Shown here piece by piece: positions 35,801-47,556 of a DNA stretch of 64,000 bases. Numbering within the stretch: the stretch's first letter is position 1; the number at the start of each line of letters is the position of its first letter. The translations under genes and the position numbers were made by a program. Below the pieces are notes generated by a model. That model had not been told where the DNA came from. It saw only the letters and a list, made by a program, of their open reading frames with translations, and did no database searches. Source of the stretch: Leucoraja ocellata (Eukaryota); NCBI GenBank assembly GCA_036785375.1, contig JAWMAR010000033.1:7254001-7318000 (forward strand), read 5' to 3'.

Positions 35801-38800
35801 AATGGACCAGTTTTTGAACTGTGAGACTATTAATAATGCTTACTTTGCTCCTTTGCCGTGTTTTTTCTCCTTCTTTACCATATCTGTGCTGGCAGCATTT
35901 GTCAGATCGTGTTCATCTGTTGCAATGATGTAGTTGTAAATACCACGATTGAATTGACCGATGATATGACACCTGATGAAGTACATTGATAAGTAAGGCT
36001 CCTTTACAACGCAGCTTCTCCCACCACCCTCCCAACCCACACCACAGACTGTCATCTGTTCCACACAGCAGTCTCTTAACAAAAGAGCTGACTGCAATCT
36101 CTCAGTCCTGGGCTAGGCTGGGAACAGCAAAAGGTAAAAGATTGAAAAGAAGTTTGAACCCAGGGGTCACTGTCTCAAAATGAGGGTTGGGCCATCTAGA
36201 ACCGAAACAAGAAGCTGTTCATTCTCTCAAGATTCGGTGAATCTTTGGAACTCTGCATGGCTATGGAGGCTCGGTCACTGGTTGTGTTCAAAATAGATCA
36301 ATAGATCACTGGATATTAGAGAAATCAAATGACATAGGAATAAGGGTAAATGGTGGTGATGTAGATCAGCCATGGTCCTGTTGAATACCCAGACCAACTG
36401 GAGAAAACATATGGCCATGAGTCTTATTCTTTACAAGCTTCCCGCCTCTTCTCTAGCCAGAACTACAGCTGGCACAGTGCTGGGCTCTCTGACAAAGGAA
36501 TAAAAGCCAAATTGCTGAAGATTCCCAGTTGGTCATGTAGCATTTATGAAGAAACAGAAATTCTTCAGATTGATGATCAGTTATGTAGCAATTGTGTTGT
36601 AATTTTGCAAATTCAACATCTGTGGTACAGTACTTTATTTTTCATGCCCTTGTTGCGGAAAGGTTATGGGGGGTAGGGGGCGCCGCCGAGCTCTGTGGTG
36701 GACGGAGGACTGTCGGGTTAGGTGTTGAGGCACTGCATTCAAGTTCCGGATAGTGGAACAATCAGTGAACATGGTGATTGCACAAGAAAGCAAGTTGAGG
36801 TAAATGATCGTCATAATCATATTGAATGGCAAGGCAGTCTTAGGGAGATGGATAACTGCTATTTCTATTTTATCCGGTCCAATCTCCCCCACAACACACA
36901 ATATGGCACTCTGCATCTTCCAGTCACACAACTCAGAACTTGGGTTCTAGTCTGATGGAACAATGCAAGTATTGGTGCATTCAAAGCTAATTTCATTTAA
37001 TTCTTCACATATGCATTGGTATTACTCTGTGCATACACAAGACTTTTTTCCCTGTGGAACTTAAGGTAGGAATAAGGAAAGGTAGGTCAAAGGAGAAAGA
37101 AAGAAACATAATTGGAAAAAAAACAAGAAGACAGCAGTGAATGTATCCAAGATAAGCCATACCTGGAGTGGACTGGTAGCTCTGAGTTTAGAACGCAGGA
37201 GAAGATGCTGAATTGTTCCAGGAATAACTTCAGCCGGTAACATCTGCCGATGGAATTCACAAAAACAATGGTCTTGCCGCGGACAAGGGAAAGCTTGAAT
37301 AACGTGTAGATCAGCAAGAACTTCTCCTCCTCCTCACAGTTTATGTGGTACTGAGTCAACTGGGAGCTGTCCGGAAGTCGAGACTCTTGCAGCTTCAGAA
37401 TCACCTAAAGGATACGAGATTACAGTACAGCATCATGTCCCAGCCACGCAGTACTATGCAAGACAAATACAGGCACACTAGAGAACTGATATTCTCTTAG
37501 TATATTCATAATTGGCAAGGAGTTACGACTGTCAGAAAATAACATTTGCTTCCCCATTTATAAATTCACAAATCCATATCATATTCACCAGATGGATATT
37601 TCTAAAGCTCTTGTGCAATATATCCACCAGAAGGATATATCTAGGGATATTTCAAAACCTCAGGAAGCCTAAGTATCTCAAAGATATACAAATCAATCTA
37701 CATTCATAAGGCCCCACAAACAAGTAGAGCTGGAAGTCCAACTGAGTCCACATCAACACAAGTGGCGAAGAAACTCAGAGGTTCGGTCAGCATTTGCGGA
37801 GGGAATCGTCAGACAGCTTTTTGGGTTGTGACCATTCTTCACAAGAAACATCGTCTGTCCATTCCCTCCACAGATGCCGCCTGACTCAGAGTTCCTCCAG
37901 CGCTTGTGTTTTGTTCAAGATTCCAGCATCTGCATTTGGTTCAGCATCAAATTGGCTTAAGGCCAGGTGAAACAGTCCATTACAACACCCTGCCCCTATT
38001 CATAAAACACCAATCAAATCTTTATTGTTCATTTGAAATGATGAGAGTGCCTTATTCTTGAACTTAGAAAGAATGCCCAGATCCAAGCGTAGTAGTAAAC
38101 CTCGGTTCAGTTCAGTTTAGTTTATTGTCACATGTACCAAGGTTGCATGATATCCAAAGATAGACACATTAAGCTGGAGTAACTTAGTGGGACAGACAAA
38201 TTCTCTGGAGAGAAGGAATGGATGATGTATTGGGTCAAGTCCAAAACGTCACCCATTCCTTCTCGCCAGAGATGCTGCCTGTCCCACTGAGTTACTCCAG
38301 CATGTTGTGTCTATCTTGGGTTTAAACCAGCATCTGCAGTTCCTTTCTACAGATTTGCATGCTATCCATTCAGCAGAAAGAAAATAGATTACAATCGAGC
38401 CATTTACAGTGTATAGAACATGATAAAGGAATAACATTTGCATTTAAGATCCTGGTTCATCAGTATTACCACCAGTAAAAAAAAGGCCAACGACAAAATG
38501 TCAAGTTGTTTTAGAAGAATTCTTACCGGGTTATGAAGCACTAGCTCTTTCAGTGCCTGAACATCTTCATTAAATGTGGCTGACATCAAGAATGCCTGAT
38601 AAATCTTTGGGAGATGTCTGCAGTGGATTAGAATAAACCTGATAAGTACATATATCATACTCTGCGACATTGCTCTCAGGGTGCAAATGTTAGATCTTCT
38701 GTGACAATAAAGAGTTAGTTGATACAAAGCAAATAAAAGGTTCCGTATCCAGCATTCAGTTATCAGACCACAGTACGAATTGTGATGCCAATGTAAACAT

Positions 38801-41800
38801 GTAAAGAACGTTACAGATTGTCTTGGGAAAATGACATCAGCATTCCTACACAGATCCTTAAGGTGGATGATTGGCAAAAGCAAGAACACTTTCAGGAATG
38901 ACCTTGTTGTATAATGTTTATTGGTGCTTGTAGACCATGTGAGAAAAAGCATATATTAACCGGGGCTCAACGGAGGATATTTTTGTCTCCTAATTAAAAG
39001 GTTGATAGTTCACACACCAGAAAACTGAGCATAAAAATCTAGATTTACACAGCGGGAGTGCAATACTATTGAAGCCCTGTTCAGTTAGCAAGATGGACAT
39101 AAAGATTTCATGACAATTTTTAAGAATGCCAGTAGAGGGAACCTGGCGCCCAGGCAATCTTTTTTATTCTATACTCAACATTATTCCAATACAAATTATC
39201 TTGTCATGATCACTGCTGTTAATGCGTTTGTTGAGTGCAAACTCATCGCTATATTCCAAACAATTAATCACACAAAAACCTCAGCAGTTGTAAAATAATT
39301 AAAGGCCTTTTATATTAATTTGTTAGATTTGTTTTGCTTATTATTTATTACCCATGTGTATTTACAGGTTTGTTATAGGTAAGAATTTAATTGTAGTTAT
39401 TGGTACACATGACAATTAAACACTCCTGACTATATAAATACATAGCAGGCATTTCTCCCCACTCAAAATTTACAATGTCATTTATTATTTCTTGGGAACT
39501 GCTCTTAAATTAGTACCTCTAATTGTTCCATCTGCATCAGACCTATAACTAGTTGTTGCGATATCTTATATAGTCTATTTATGGGACCAGTCATTCAGCA
39601 GATAAAGGCCTTTTGGCCGACAAGGTTCATGCTGAGCATCAAACACCAATTTGAACAAAACTATAGGGGAGGCACAATGATGCAATGGTGGAGTTGCTGC
39701 CTTACAGCACCAGGGACTCTGATTTAATCCCGACTACGAGTGTTTGTATGGAGTTTGTACGTTCTCCCTGTGATCACCACATTCTAAAGGCGTATAGGTT
39801 TGTAGGTTGACACAAAACGCTGGAGTAACTCAGTGGGTGAGGCAGCATCTCTGGAGAGAAGGAATGGGAGATGTTACAGGTCGAGACCCTTGTTCAGACT
39901 GAAGAAGGGTCTCGACCCGAAATGTCACCCATTCCTTCTCTCCAGATGCTGCCTCACCCGCTGAGTTACTCCAGCATTTTGTGTCTACCTTCGATTTAAA
40001 CCAGCATCTGCAGTTCTTTCTTACACAAGTTTGTAAGTTAAATGGCTTCCGTAAATTGCCCCTGGTGTGTAGGATGTGAAAATGCCATAACATAGAACAT
40101 TGTACGAACGATTGTTGGTCGGCACAGATTCGGTGAACTGAGGGGCCCGTTTCCACGCTGTATCTCCAAACAAAATTAATCCAATTTCAATTAAATTGAA
40201 AGTCATAATATTGATACTGAATAATCAATGGAAGAATCTCGTAAAGTAGTTCACACAATAGATGTGGCCAAACTGAAAGACAAAATACCGCAAGCAGATG
40301 GAAATTCAGTCAAACCAAATCACAAATTTTGTTTTTTACCCCAAAAGGTTCTTCAAGTCATTTTCAAATCCAAATGAGAAGACCAGATCTGCCTCGTCAA
40401 TCACAAGCATTTCCAGTGATGTACAGAGACTCAGGGTATGTTGCTCCAAGTGCAGCAGAACGCGGGAAGGTGTGCCTATTACAATGTCGGGCTTCTCCAT
40501 CAATATGGGCCTGAAGGAGAGAATCAGTACTGAGAAGGTCCGTGCCAACGGTACAAAAAGAGAAGCTTCACAGATAAACATTAGTTATTTTTCTACCTCT
40601 GTGCTGATATATCCGCCTGTCCCGAGATATCAGCAACTCGAACATCCCACGTACAGTAGGATGTGAGTTGTCGGATCATCTGCTGTACTTGCTGACCCAG
40701 CTCCTTTGTGGGAACCAACACAAGGGCTCGCACCGCCTGCTCACAGGTGGACTGAGGAGAGACACAGGGGTTATAGAAATTCCAGCTCCACTACAGGCAT
40801 CTCTGACACTCTGCTCAACTACAAACTTGGTTCCTGCACAGACTTCACATTGAGTTATAAGTAGACTTCCTTGTGGCAGCAAAAACATTAAGCATTGCTA
40901 AAATTGCATACTACTTAGAGAATTCATGCTGCATTTGTATTTAGGTGGCACAGTTGCTGCCTTACAGTGGCAGAGACCAGGGTTCGATGCTGACCACGTG
41001 TGCTGTCTGTACAGAGTTTGTACATTCTCCCTGTGACCGTATGGGTTTTCCCTGGCGCTGCGGTTTCCTCCTACATTGCAAAGACGTACAGGTTTGTAGA
41101 TTAATTGGATTTGATCAAAATCGTAAATTGTCCCTAGTGTGTAGGACAATGCTTGTGTACAGGTATCGCTGGTCAGAGTGGGTCTCAGTGAGGCAAAGGG
41201 CCTGTTTCTGTAGTTTATCTCCAAACTCTAAACTCTGAGGTAGAGCAATCAAGTGTAAAGTCCAAGGTTGTAGTAGTATTCTGGTAAACAGCGCAACCAC
41301 TAAGGGGAGACACAGCAACTGCTGGGATGGGAAAGTGCAATTCATAATAAAGTAACTTTGGGCAGCTGCAATTCCCTCGTTTCCAAAATCCCACTCATTG
41401 CCCGTGTACATGTTTGGAATTTAACCCTGTGCATTGAAGGACCAAGTGTAGGAAACACACATACAAGTCTGCATGAACTCTCAAAATCAGACCATGAAAA
41501 CTTAAACGGATGGCGACGACTTAATGAGCAAATAGGGCGGATGCAGGAAATTACCTTTTTTGTGTTGAGAAGATGCTCGATGATGGGAATGGCATACGCT
41601 GCAGTTTTCCCAGACCCAGTTCGTGCCCTGGCAAGAAGATCTTTTCCCTCCAATGCCAGAGGAATGGCTTTTTCCTGGATTAGAGTTGGCTGGGCCCAGT
41701 TCAGTTTAGAAATTGCCTGATTATTTGTATTTTAGTGGGTGGAGAAAACACACATGGTTACACAACATTTGGCCATACTGTTCTAAGTTTTCTACTTTTC

Positions 41801-42802
41801 ATCTTAATGCAGCTCTACACATCTCTCCCTTCAGCATCTCCCTCGATCCTACTTCCCAACCCACCACCGGCATCCTATTACTCCTTTCCAACATCACTAT
41901 CTCTGGGAAACAGGCTCATATCTTCCAACATTACTTCTCCAACATCACCCTCACCCTTTTTAATTCCCATCTTTCGGCACCACCATCCTCTATTCAGCAA
42001 ATGTCCACCACCTCTCCCCATTTGTTTTCCATCTCCCAACCTTAATGCACTGTAATGAACTGCTCGCACTCTCTGCCTTTCTCCAAGTAGCCACACCTCC
42101 TTCCCGCTAGCCCTTCCCCACAAACCTGACCTCAGATCTAACCCCCCCCTCCCCCCTCCCTCTAGAAATGTTTATTTTCCCAGCACACACGTGACAGTGG
42201 CGACAAAGATCCTGTAGCTCGCTGGTGGCAAGAAACAGTTCTGAGAAACAAAAAGTCACAGGGGATAAGAAATGCAACACTACAAGGACAAAATTCACCC
42301 TCAGGTATGCTCCAACCCCCCCCCCCCCTCCTCCTCTAACCCCCCCTCCTCCTCTAACCCCCCCCTTCCTTTCCCTCTCCTTCCTTCTCTCTCCTCCACT
42401 CTCCCACCCAACCCAGTCACCCCTATATTCTCCCCTTTTCTTCCCTCCTCTTCCCTCCGTCGTTCACTCTCCCTCCCTCTCCCCACTCCCCCTGCCACCC
42501 TCTCCTCCTTCCCATCACCCCATCCCCCAACCTCCCTCCCTCCCCCACTCCTCTCCTCCCTCCACCCCTTCCTTCCCTCTCCCACCCTCCACTCCAACCT
42601 TCACTCGCACAACTCTCTCCTTCCCTCCCTCTTATCTCCATCTCCCCTTCCTCTCTTCTACCTTCTCCTTGTCCACCCTCCCCCTGTCCCCCGTCTCTCT
42701 CTGCCCCCTTCCCTTCTCCTCCCCAGGGCCCCAACAGCGCGGTACCTGCAGCAGCCGCTCCTCCAGTCCCATCTCGTGGAAGCCTAGTCCCTCCGCCGCC
42801 AT
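29805..42802 (-). CDS. DDX56: ATP-dependent RNA helicase DDX56 (DEAD box, Dbp9 orthologue), 14 exons, 551 aa
   Basis: Exons 42802-42746, 41716-41555, 40751-40597, 40510-40340, 38617-38527, 37404-37163, 35972-35844, 34146-34033, 33800-33706, 32773-32700, 31957-31868, 31626-31521, 30888-30791, 29876-29805 (1656 nt, in frame, all GT-AG). Motifs: Q motif, [34 protein letters not shown]; C-terminal [13 protein letters not shown]. Confidence 0.97.
30015..30540 (+). mobile_element. Decayed CR1 RT fragment interrupted by a Penelope-type fold-back repeat
   Basis: [26 protein letters not shown] (CR1 RT motifs); terminal-repeat pair at about 30173-30325. Confidence 0.65.
30791..30888 (-). CDS. DDX56: DDX56 exon 13
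   Basis: (I)[21 protein letters not shown]..; donor AAG|GTGAGT. Confidence 0.85.
31521..31626 (-). CDS. DDX56: DDX56 exon 12
   Basis: [35 protein letters not shown]. Confidence 0.95.
31868..31957 (-). CDS. DDX56: DDX56 exon 11
   Basis: [30 protein letters not shown]. Confidence 0.95.
32700..32773 (-). CDS. DDX56: DDX56 exon 10
   Basis: [24 protein letters not shown]. Confidence 0.95.
33160..33326. mobile_element. Fold-back Penelope-type terminal-repeat insertion with 14-bp duplication
   Basis: About 65-bp inverted arms; TAATTAGATTTGGT at 33146-33159 and 33327-33340. Confidence 0.8.
33706..33800 (-). CDS. DDX56: DDX56 exon 9
   Basis: [31 protein letters not shown]. Confidence 0.93.
34033..34146 (-). 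CDS. DDX56: DDX56 exon 8
   Basis: [37 protein letters not shown]. Confidence 0.96.
34842..34869 (+). ncRNA. Minimal hammerhead ribozyme core within a Penelope-type repeat
   Basis: CTGATGA-A-GGGTC TC GACCC-GAAAC-GTC: conserved core boxes, helix II hairpin, palindromic ACGT helix III; helix I poorly paired. Confidence 0.55.
35844..35972 (-). CDS. DDX56: DDX56 exon 7
   Basis: [20 protein letters not shown]...KHGKGAK. Confidence 0.94.
37163..37404 (-). CDS. DDX56: DDX56 exon 6
   Basis: [19 protein letters not shown]...[21 protein letters not shown]. Confidence 0.96.
38527..38617 (-). CDS. DDX56: DDX56 exon 5
   Basis: [30 protein letters not shown]. Confidence 0.96.
39670..40175 (+). mobile_element. 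V-SINE split by a fold-back Penelope-type insertion (39810-40025)
   Basis: SINE head and V-domain at 39670-39809 resume at about 40029; imperfect duplication GTTTGTAGGTT/GTTTGTAAGTT. Confidence 0.7.
40340..40510 (-). CDS. DDX56: DDX56 exon 4
   Basis: [16 protein letters not shown]...[15 protein letters not shown]. Confidence 0.96.
40597..40751 (-). CDS. DDX56: DDX56 exon 3
   Basis: [33 protein letters not shown].. Confidence 0.95.
40945..41235 (+). mobile_element. tRNA-derived V-SINE (HE1-like), near full length
   Basis: B box GGTTCGATGC, V-domain GAGTTTGTACATTCTCCCTGTG..CGGTTTCCTCC..AAAGACGTACAGGTT, tail AAACTCTAAACTCT. Confidence 0.8.
41555..41716 (-). CDS. DDX56: DDX56 exon 2
   Basis: [41 protein letters not shown]. 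Confidence 0.97.
42310..42725. repeat. Polypyrimidine/polypurine low-complexity tract in DDX56 intron 1
   Basis: About 415 nt almost exclusively C/T on the plus strand. Confidence 0.9.
42746..42802 (-). CDS. DDX56: DDX56 exon 1 (start)
   Basis: [19 protein letters not shown]; Kozak AAGATGG; donor CAG|GTACCG. Confidence 0.93.
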
Positions 42803-42924
42803 CTTTGCTCTGGATGACGACACGGACCCCGTTCCACAGCGCCCCACAGAGGCGGGGAGGTGTCCCTGCAACTCATTGTCTGAAGAGAACATGTAATTGT
42901 CTGAAGAGGGACAACAAGAGAGAC

Positions 42925-43335
42925 AGGTACACAAAAAAGCTGGAGAAACTCAGCGGGTGCAGCAGCATCGATGGAGCGAAAAAATATAGGCAGTTGTGAA
43001 ACTGTCTCTGGAGAGAGGAGGAGAACTTCTTCAAAGTAGGCATATCTTGAGGAGATATCGCAGTGGAGTAGACAAAGTGTTCAAGAAGGAACTGCAGATG
43101 CTGGAAAATCGAAGGTACACAAAAAAGCTGGAGAAACTCAGCGGGTGCAGCAGCATCTATGGAGCAAAGGAAATAGGCAACGTTTCGGGCAGAAACCCTT
43201 CTTCAGAGACATTTGTGTTTAAGAGGGAACTGCAGATGATGGAAATTCGAAGGTAGACAAAAGTGCTGGAGAAACTCAGCGGATGAGGCAGCATCTATGG
43301 AGCGAAGGAAATAGGCAACCCTTCTTCAGACTCAC
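42925..43335 (-). repeat. Three tandem Penelope-type pseudo-LTR copies
   Basis: Repeated GCTGGAGAAACTCAGCGGRTG.AGCAGCATC.ATGGAGC. Confidence 0.8.
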
Positions 43336-43344
43336 TCTTCGAAC

Positions 43345-43970
43345 AAGAGACATTTATTGTCACATGTACCAATTGGAACAGTGAGATTTGTGGTCACTAT
43401 ACAGCCATACGAATAAAAAAGAGCACAGAACACGATAGTCTTTAATGTAGACATCCCCACACAGCGGAATCAAAGTTTCCCACTGAGGGAAGGCACCAAA
43501 GTTCAGTCATCATCCTCTGTTGTTCTCCCGTGGTCGGAGGGCTCCCAAACCCCTCGCTGTCGCCGCTACGGATGGCCCAATGTTCAGGCCCGCTCGAAGG
43601 ATGATGGAACTCCGACGTCGGAATAGGAGAACATTCTCAGCGGTTTGGACTTCCAAATTGGCCACTTCCTACCGGAGACCGCGGTTCCCAAAGTCCACAG
43701 GCCGAGCTGGGCGGAGATTCACACAGGCGGCCCTCGGTAAAGGGATCCCAGGACTCCGCGATATTGAAGTCACCACCACCCGCGCTGGAAGCTCCTGCAA
43801 ACCACAGCTCCGCGTTGTTGAAGCAGCAAGCCCAACACTCCGGAGCTTCAAATGGCGATCCAGGTAAGGCATTGCCCGCTCCGCGGTGAATCCAGTGCTG
43901 CACCGCTGCTGAATCTTTGGTCCTGTCCCCGGCAGTAAAGGCCGCGCCACACAATCTTCTCCACCGTCTG
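43345..43970 (-). mobile_element. CpG-rich non-autonomous retroelement with CATGTGACAATAAA 3' end
   Basis: Reverse strand ends GGTACATGTGACAATAAATGTCTCTTG, like other LINE tails in the window; no coding homology recognised. Confidence 0.5.
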
Positions 43971-46918
43971 CAGAAGGAATAGACACAAAATGTTACCCAT
44001 CCCTTCCATCCAGAGTTGCTGCCTGTCCCGCTGAGTTACTCCAGCATTTTGTGTCCATCTTCGGTTTAAACCAGCATCTGCAGTTCCTTCCTGCACACTC
44101 ATTGTTTAACCACCACAGGGTCTGCTTATTTTCGCACAAACAATCCCATATTTAAATTAAATATTTAAAATACATCCTCAGCACCCGGAAAATAAAATTA
44201 GATTCAGCTGATTTTTATAGTAGAAACAAAGAACTGCCGATGTTGGTGAGGAAGGACCTGCAGATGCTGGTTTACACCAAAGATTGACACAAAATGCTTG
44301 ATGCTCAACAGGACACAAAGTGCTGGAGTTACTCAGCAGGTCAGGCAGAATCTCTAGAGAACCAGAGAGGCTGCCTGACCTGCTGAGTTATTCCAGTACT
44401 TTGTATCCTTTTATAGCACTACATTCTATCAAAGATTAGTCCTTCTATCGACCAATTTAAAATTAGGAACTTAAGAGTCAAGACTACTTAATTGATTTAA
44501 TCATACTTTATTGTCACGTGTATCGAAGTACAATGAAATTCTTTTGTTTTGCGTACAGTTCAGTGACTATCCTACTATATATTAGGCAAAATCACACTAA
44601 GTATAGTGTAAGAATGTAGACCACATTAGCTCACAATTAAATGCTGATAACAAAGAAAGAGACAACATACTCAGATGGAACAAAAGGACAAAACAGCTAT
44701 TTTCAGTAATTGTTTAAAGGGTCTTTGTTGGGCTCAGTGAGGGAGCGTTTCAGCGCTCCCCACCACTGCAGTGGGGCTTGTCCCCAATCACCGGAATTTA
44801 TACAGCAGACCTCACCCACGCAGCATACAACCGTTGTAACGTTTTGGTCCTGACAGTTACAAAGGTTCATCTGACATCCTATTTAATGCTTGCCGTCTTA
44901 CGTGGCAGCTGGGTCCCCTTTGTTCTCGGCGGACTCCTTGCTCTCCAACAGCGATCCTTCTCCCATAATTTCCCCACTCTCCGGCGTTTGCTTGAGGGTC
45001 CCTCCTCGCTCACGTGGTGCGGATCCCATCAACGCAACCTTGGCAGTCGCTGACAAAGTCATAATAGTTCACCAAACAGCCCTACTTACTGCTATCTCAT
45101 GCGACAGCAGCCAACATCCCGCCCCTCCGCGCTAAGTCCGCCTTCATTTTCAGCAGCCTCCTCGCTCTTCCCTGGGTCAACGACAGCCCTCCTCACTCTC
45201 CCTCGTCTCTCTGACAGTCCTTCTTGTTCGCTAATAAGCGAGTTCGGTATTCTGAAAAACACAAAGTATCGTGGATTTGTCAAAGGTCATTCGTGATAAA
45301 GAAAAAGTGAACGAAGCGCTAGCTGCATAAACTGTGTATAAATTGTTAAGTATTCTACCAATGAATTAATCTAGAATTCTGGCCAACTCAACAACGGACA
45401 GGGGTCGTTTTTTTATGAACATTAATTCGATCTTATATCTATCTTACTTCATAAACCAACCCTCTGGAATTCTGCAGAACCTCTCTCGGCAGCATTGTAG
45501 GACATTCTCTTTCTCTCTCCGAGGGGGTTAACGGACAGCTTCTGAACAAGGCGAGAGGTGCAGCTGACGGTCCCTGGCCCATCGGGGAACAGGTTCCTCT
45601 GGAGTTGGAGCAGAGTTGAGCTGGAGTTAGTGCTTCTTCCCTGCGCTGGCTGTAAGCCTGGGGCCGCCACTGTTCCGGGCCAGTGGCCCGTCACCTAGGA
45701 TATCTACGGCCGACCCCGGACAGGGATGGGACACAGGAGGGGACGGCAGTGAGATCACTTGTTCTACATTATTTAACTCCAGTAGCAATCCAACAGTGTT
45801 TGCAGCACGTTTCGATCCTGAATGGATGAAACGCAAGTCTGTAAATACGCAACAGCTCAGCTGCCGAGAATGTTTATCTCGAGTGACCTATGACCTGGGC
45901 ATGCGCAGTTGAAATACCAAACTATCGCTCGCCAGGAATACAGCAGACACCACGCTTTAGCGCCGATAATAGTTCACCGAAGTCCTATCTACTGCTTGCC
46001 GTCTCACATGACAGCACCACTACATTCTTGGCGGCAATCCTTGCTCCAAGAACTTTCCTCACTCTCCCACGGTCCCCTCGCTATCCCTCGGGCCTCCACA
46101 TGCTCTGACGGTTTTCCTCACTCTTCGACGGTCCATCTTGCTCTCACACGGCCTTCCTCTCTCTCCGACGGTCCCATCGCTCACTGATGGCCTTTATTGT
46201 TGTCCGACGGCCATCCTCGCTCTCGGCGGATGCTCGCAGGTCCCTGACCCTCCACGCTCTAGCAGCACGGTTCCCATCAACCTCTGGAGTGGGTGAACCG
46301 GGCCACATTTTGGCGCCTGACAAAGATACAAAAGTCCTATCTACCGCTTGCCGTCTCACATGGCACCAGGTCCCACTTCATTCTCGGCAGCCTCCTCTCT
46401 CACCGACGGCCCTCATCGCTCTCGGCAGTTACTCATCCATAATTGTGAATAAAGTAAAAGGATATGGCGCCATATACCTCTAAATCTATCCTATTCATGT
46501 ACCTGCCTAAATGTTTCTTAAACGTGACATTATACCTTTAGAGTGGAGATGAGGTGGAGTTTATTTAGCCAGAGTGAACCTGTGGAATTCATTTCACAGC
46601 GGTGGAGACCAAGACATTAGGTATCTTTAAAGTTAGCAGAGATTGAGAGATTCTTGATTAGGAAAGGTTCCAAAGGTTAGGATCACATTGAATGGCGGTG
46701 CTGGCTCGAAGGGCCGAATGGCCTACTCCTGCACCTATTGTCTATAATGCCGATGGACTGAATACCCAAATTCTGCTCCTACGTTTTATTGTCTTATAGA
46801 GGACATGGAGAAGATTGTGTAGGAAGAAATTACACATGCTTGTTTACACCAAAGATAGACACAAAATGCTGGAGTAACTCAGCAGGTCAGGCAACATCTC
46901 TGGAGCAAAGGAATAAGT

Positions 46919-47260
46919 CAGGGGTGGGGAACCTTTTCATGTTGGAATGCCGCATTAAGTTAGCTGTAATCTAATAAGGCCGCATCCAAGAAACTTCAAT
47001 AAGATATACTTCAAAATGTACATTATTTTGTTAAAATAGCCCTCATGACTTACTAATGTTTTAATTGTGGCCGTCAGTCGGGGAGGATTATTCTGTTGAA
47101 TCTTCTTTTACTCTTTGGTATTTTAAATAGGTTCATTTTAAGATTAAAATAAAAATAATAAGACGAACAAAAATATATTAATAAAAATAAAAGGATTTGT
47201 TCTACAAAATTTGGATTCAGTCAAAAGGCTGCACTTAATGGCCTGGAAGGCCGCAGGTTC
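46919..47260. mobile_element. Non-autonomous hAT (Charlie-like) DNA transposon, right end truncated
   Basis: Starts CAGGGGTGGGGAACCT; subterminal GCCGCA motifs; AT-rich core; ends GGCCGCAGGTTC (partial inverted terminus); sits inside a Penelope-type repeat. Confidence 0.65.
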
Positions 47261-47372
47261 TTCAGGTCGAGACCCTTTTCACCAGATATGCTGCCTGACC
47301 CACTGAGTTACTCCAGCATTTAGTATTTATCCTTGGAGAAGATTGTCAGGGATTACCGTGCGGATACTTGCC

Positions 47373-47506
47373 ATTGGGTGCTTTGACTTTGCAGAGGTTT
47401 CACCAACCAGAGAGCAGAGGCACAAATTATGTCACCAGCATCCAATCGTAAAGGTAACATTCGTCTATCCCGCATTAGCATGAGCCGGCAGACGCTGTCT
47501 ATATAA
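47373..47506 (+). promoter_or_regulatory. Histone H2B promoter (CCAAT, octamer variant, TATA)
   Basis: ATTGG 47373, CCAAT 47442, ATTAGCAT 47474-47481, TATATAA 47500-47506; order typical of vertebrate H2B promoters. Confidence 0.8.
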
Positions 47507-47556
47507 GTCGGGAACGGCGACGTATTGCGTTTTGTGCCTGACCGTCACGTATTACA

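Noticed and set aside
42225-42896. 223-aa and overlapping Pro/Ser/Leu- or Gly/Glu/Arg-rich ORFs
   Set aside because: Artefacts of the low-complexity C/T tract in DDX56 intron 1.
43520-44102. Several 85-115 aa overlapping ORFs
   Set aside because: Within a GC-rich repeat with a LINE-like tail; no recognisable protein.
45449-45836. Short ORFs in the GC-rich spacer as a possible extra gene
   Set aside because: No recognisable homology and no consistent exon chain.
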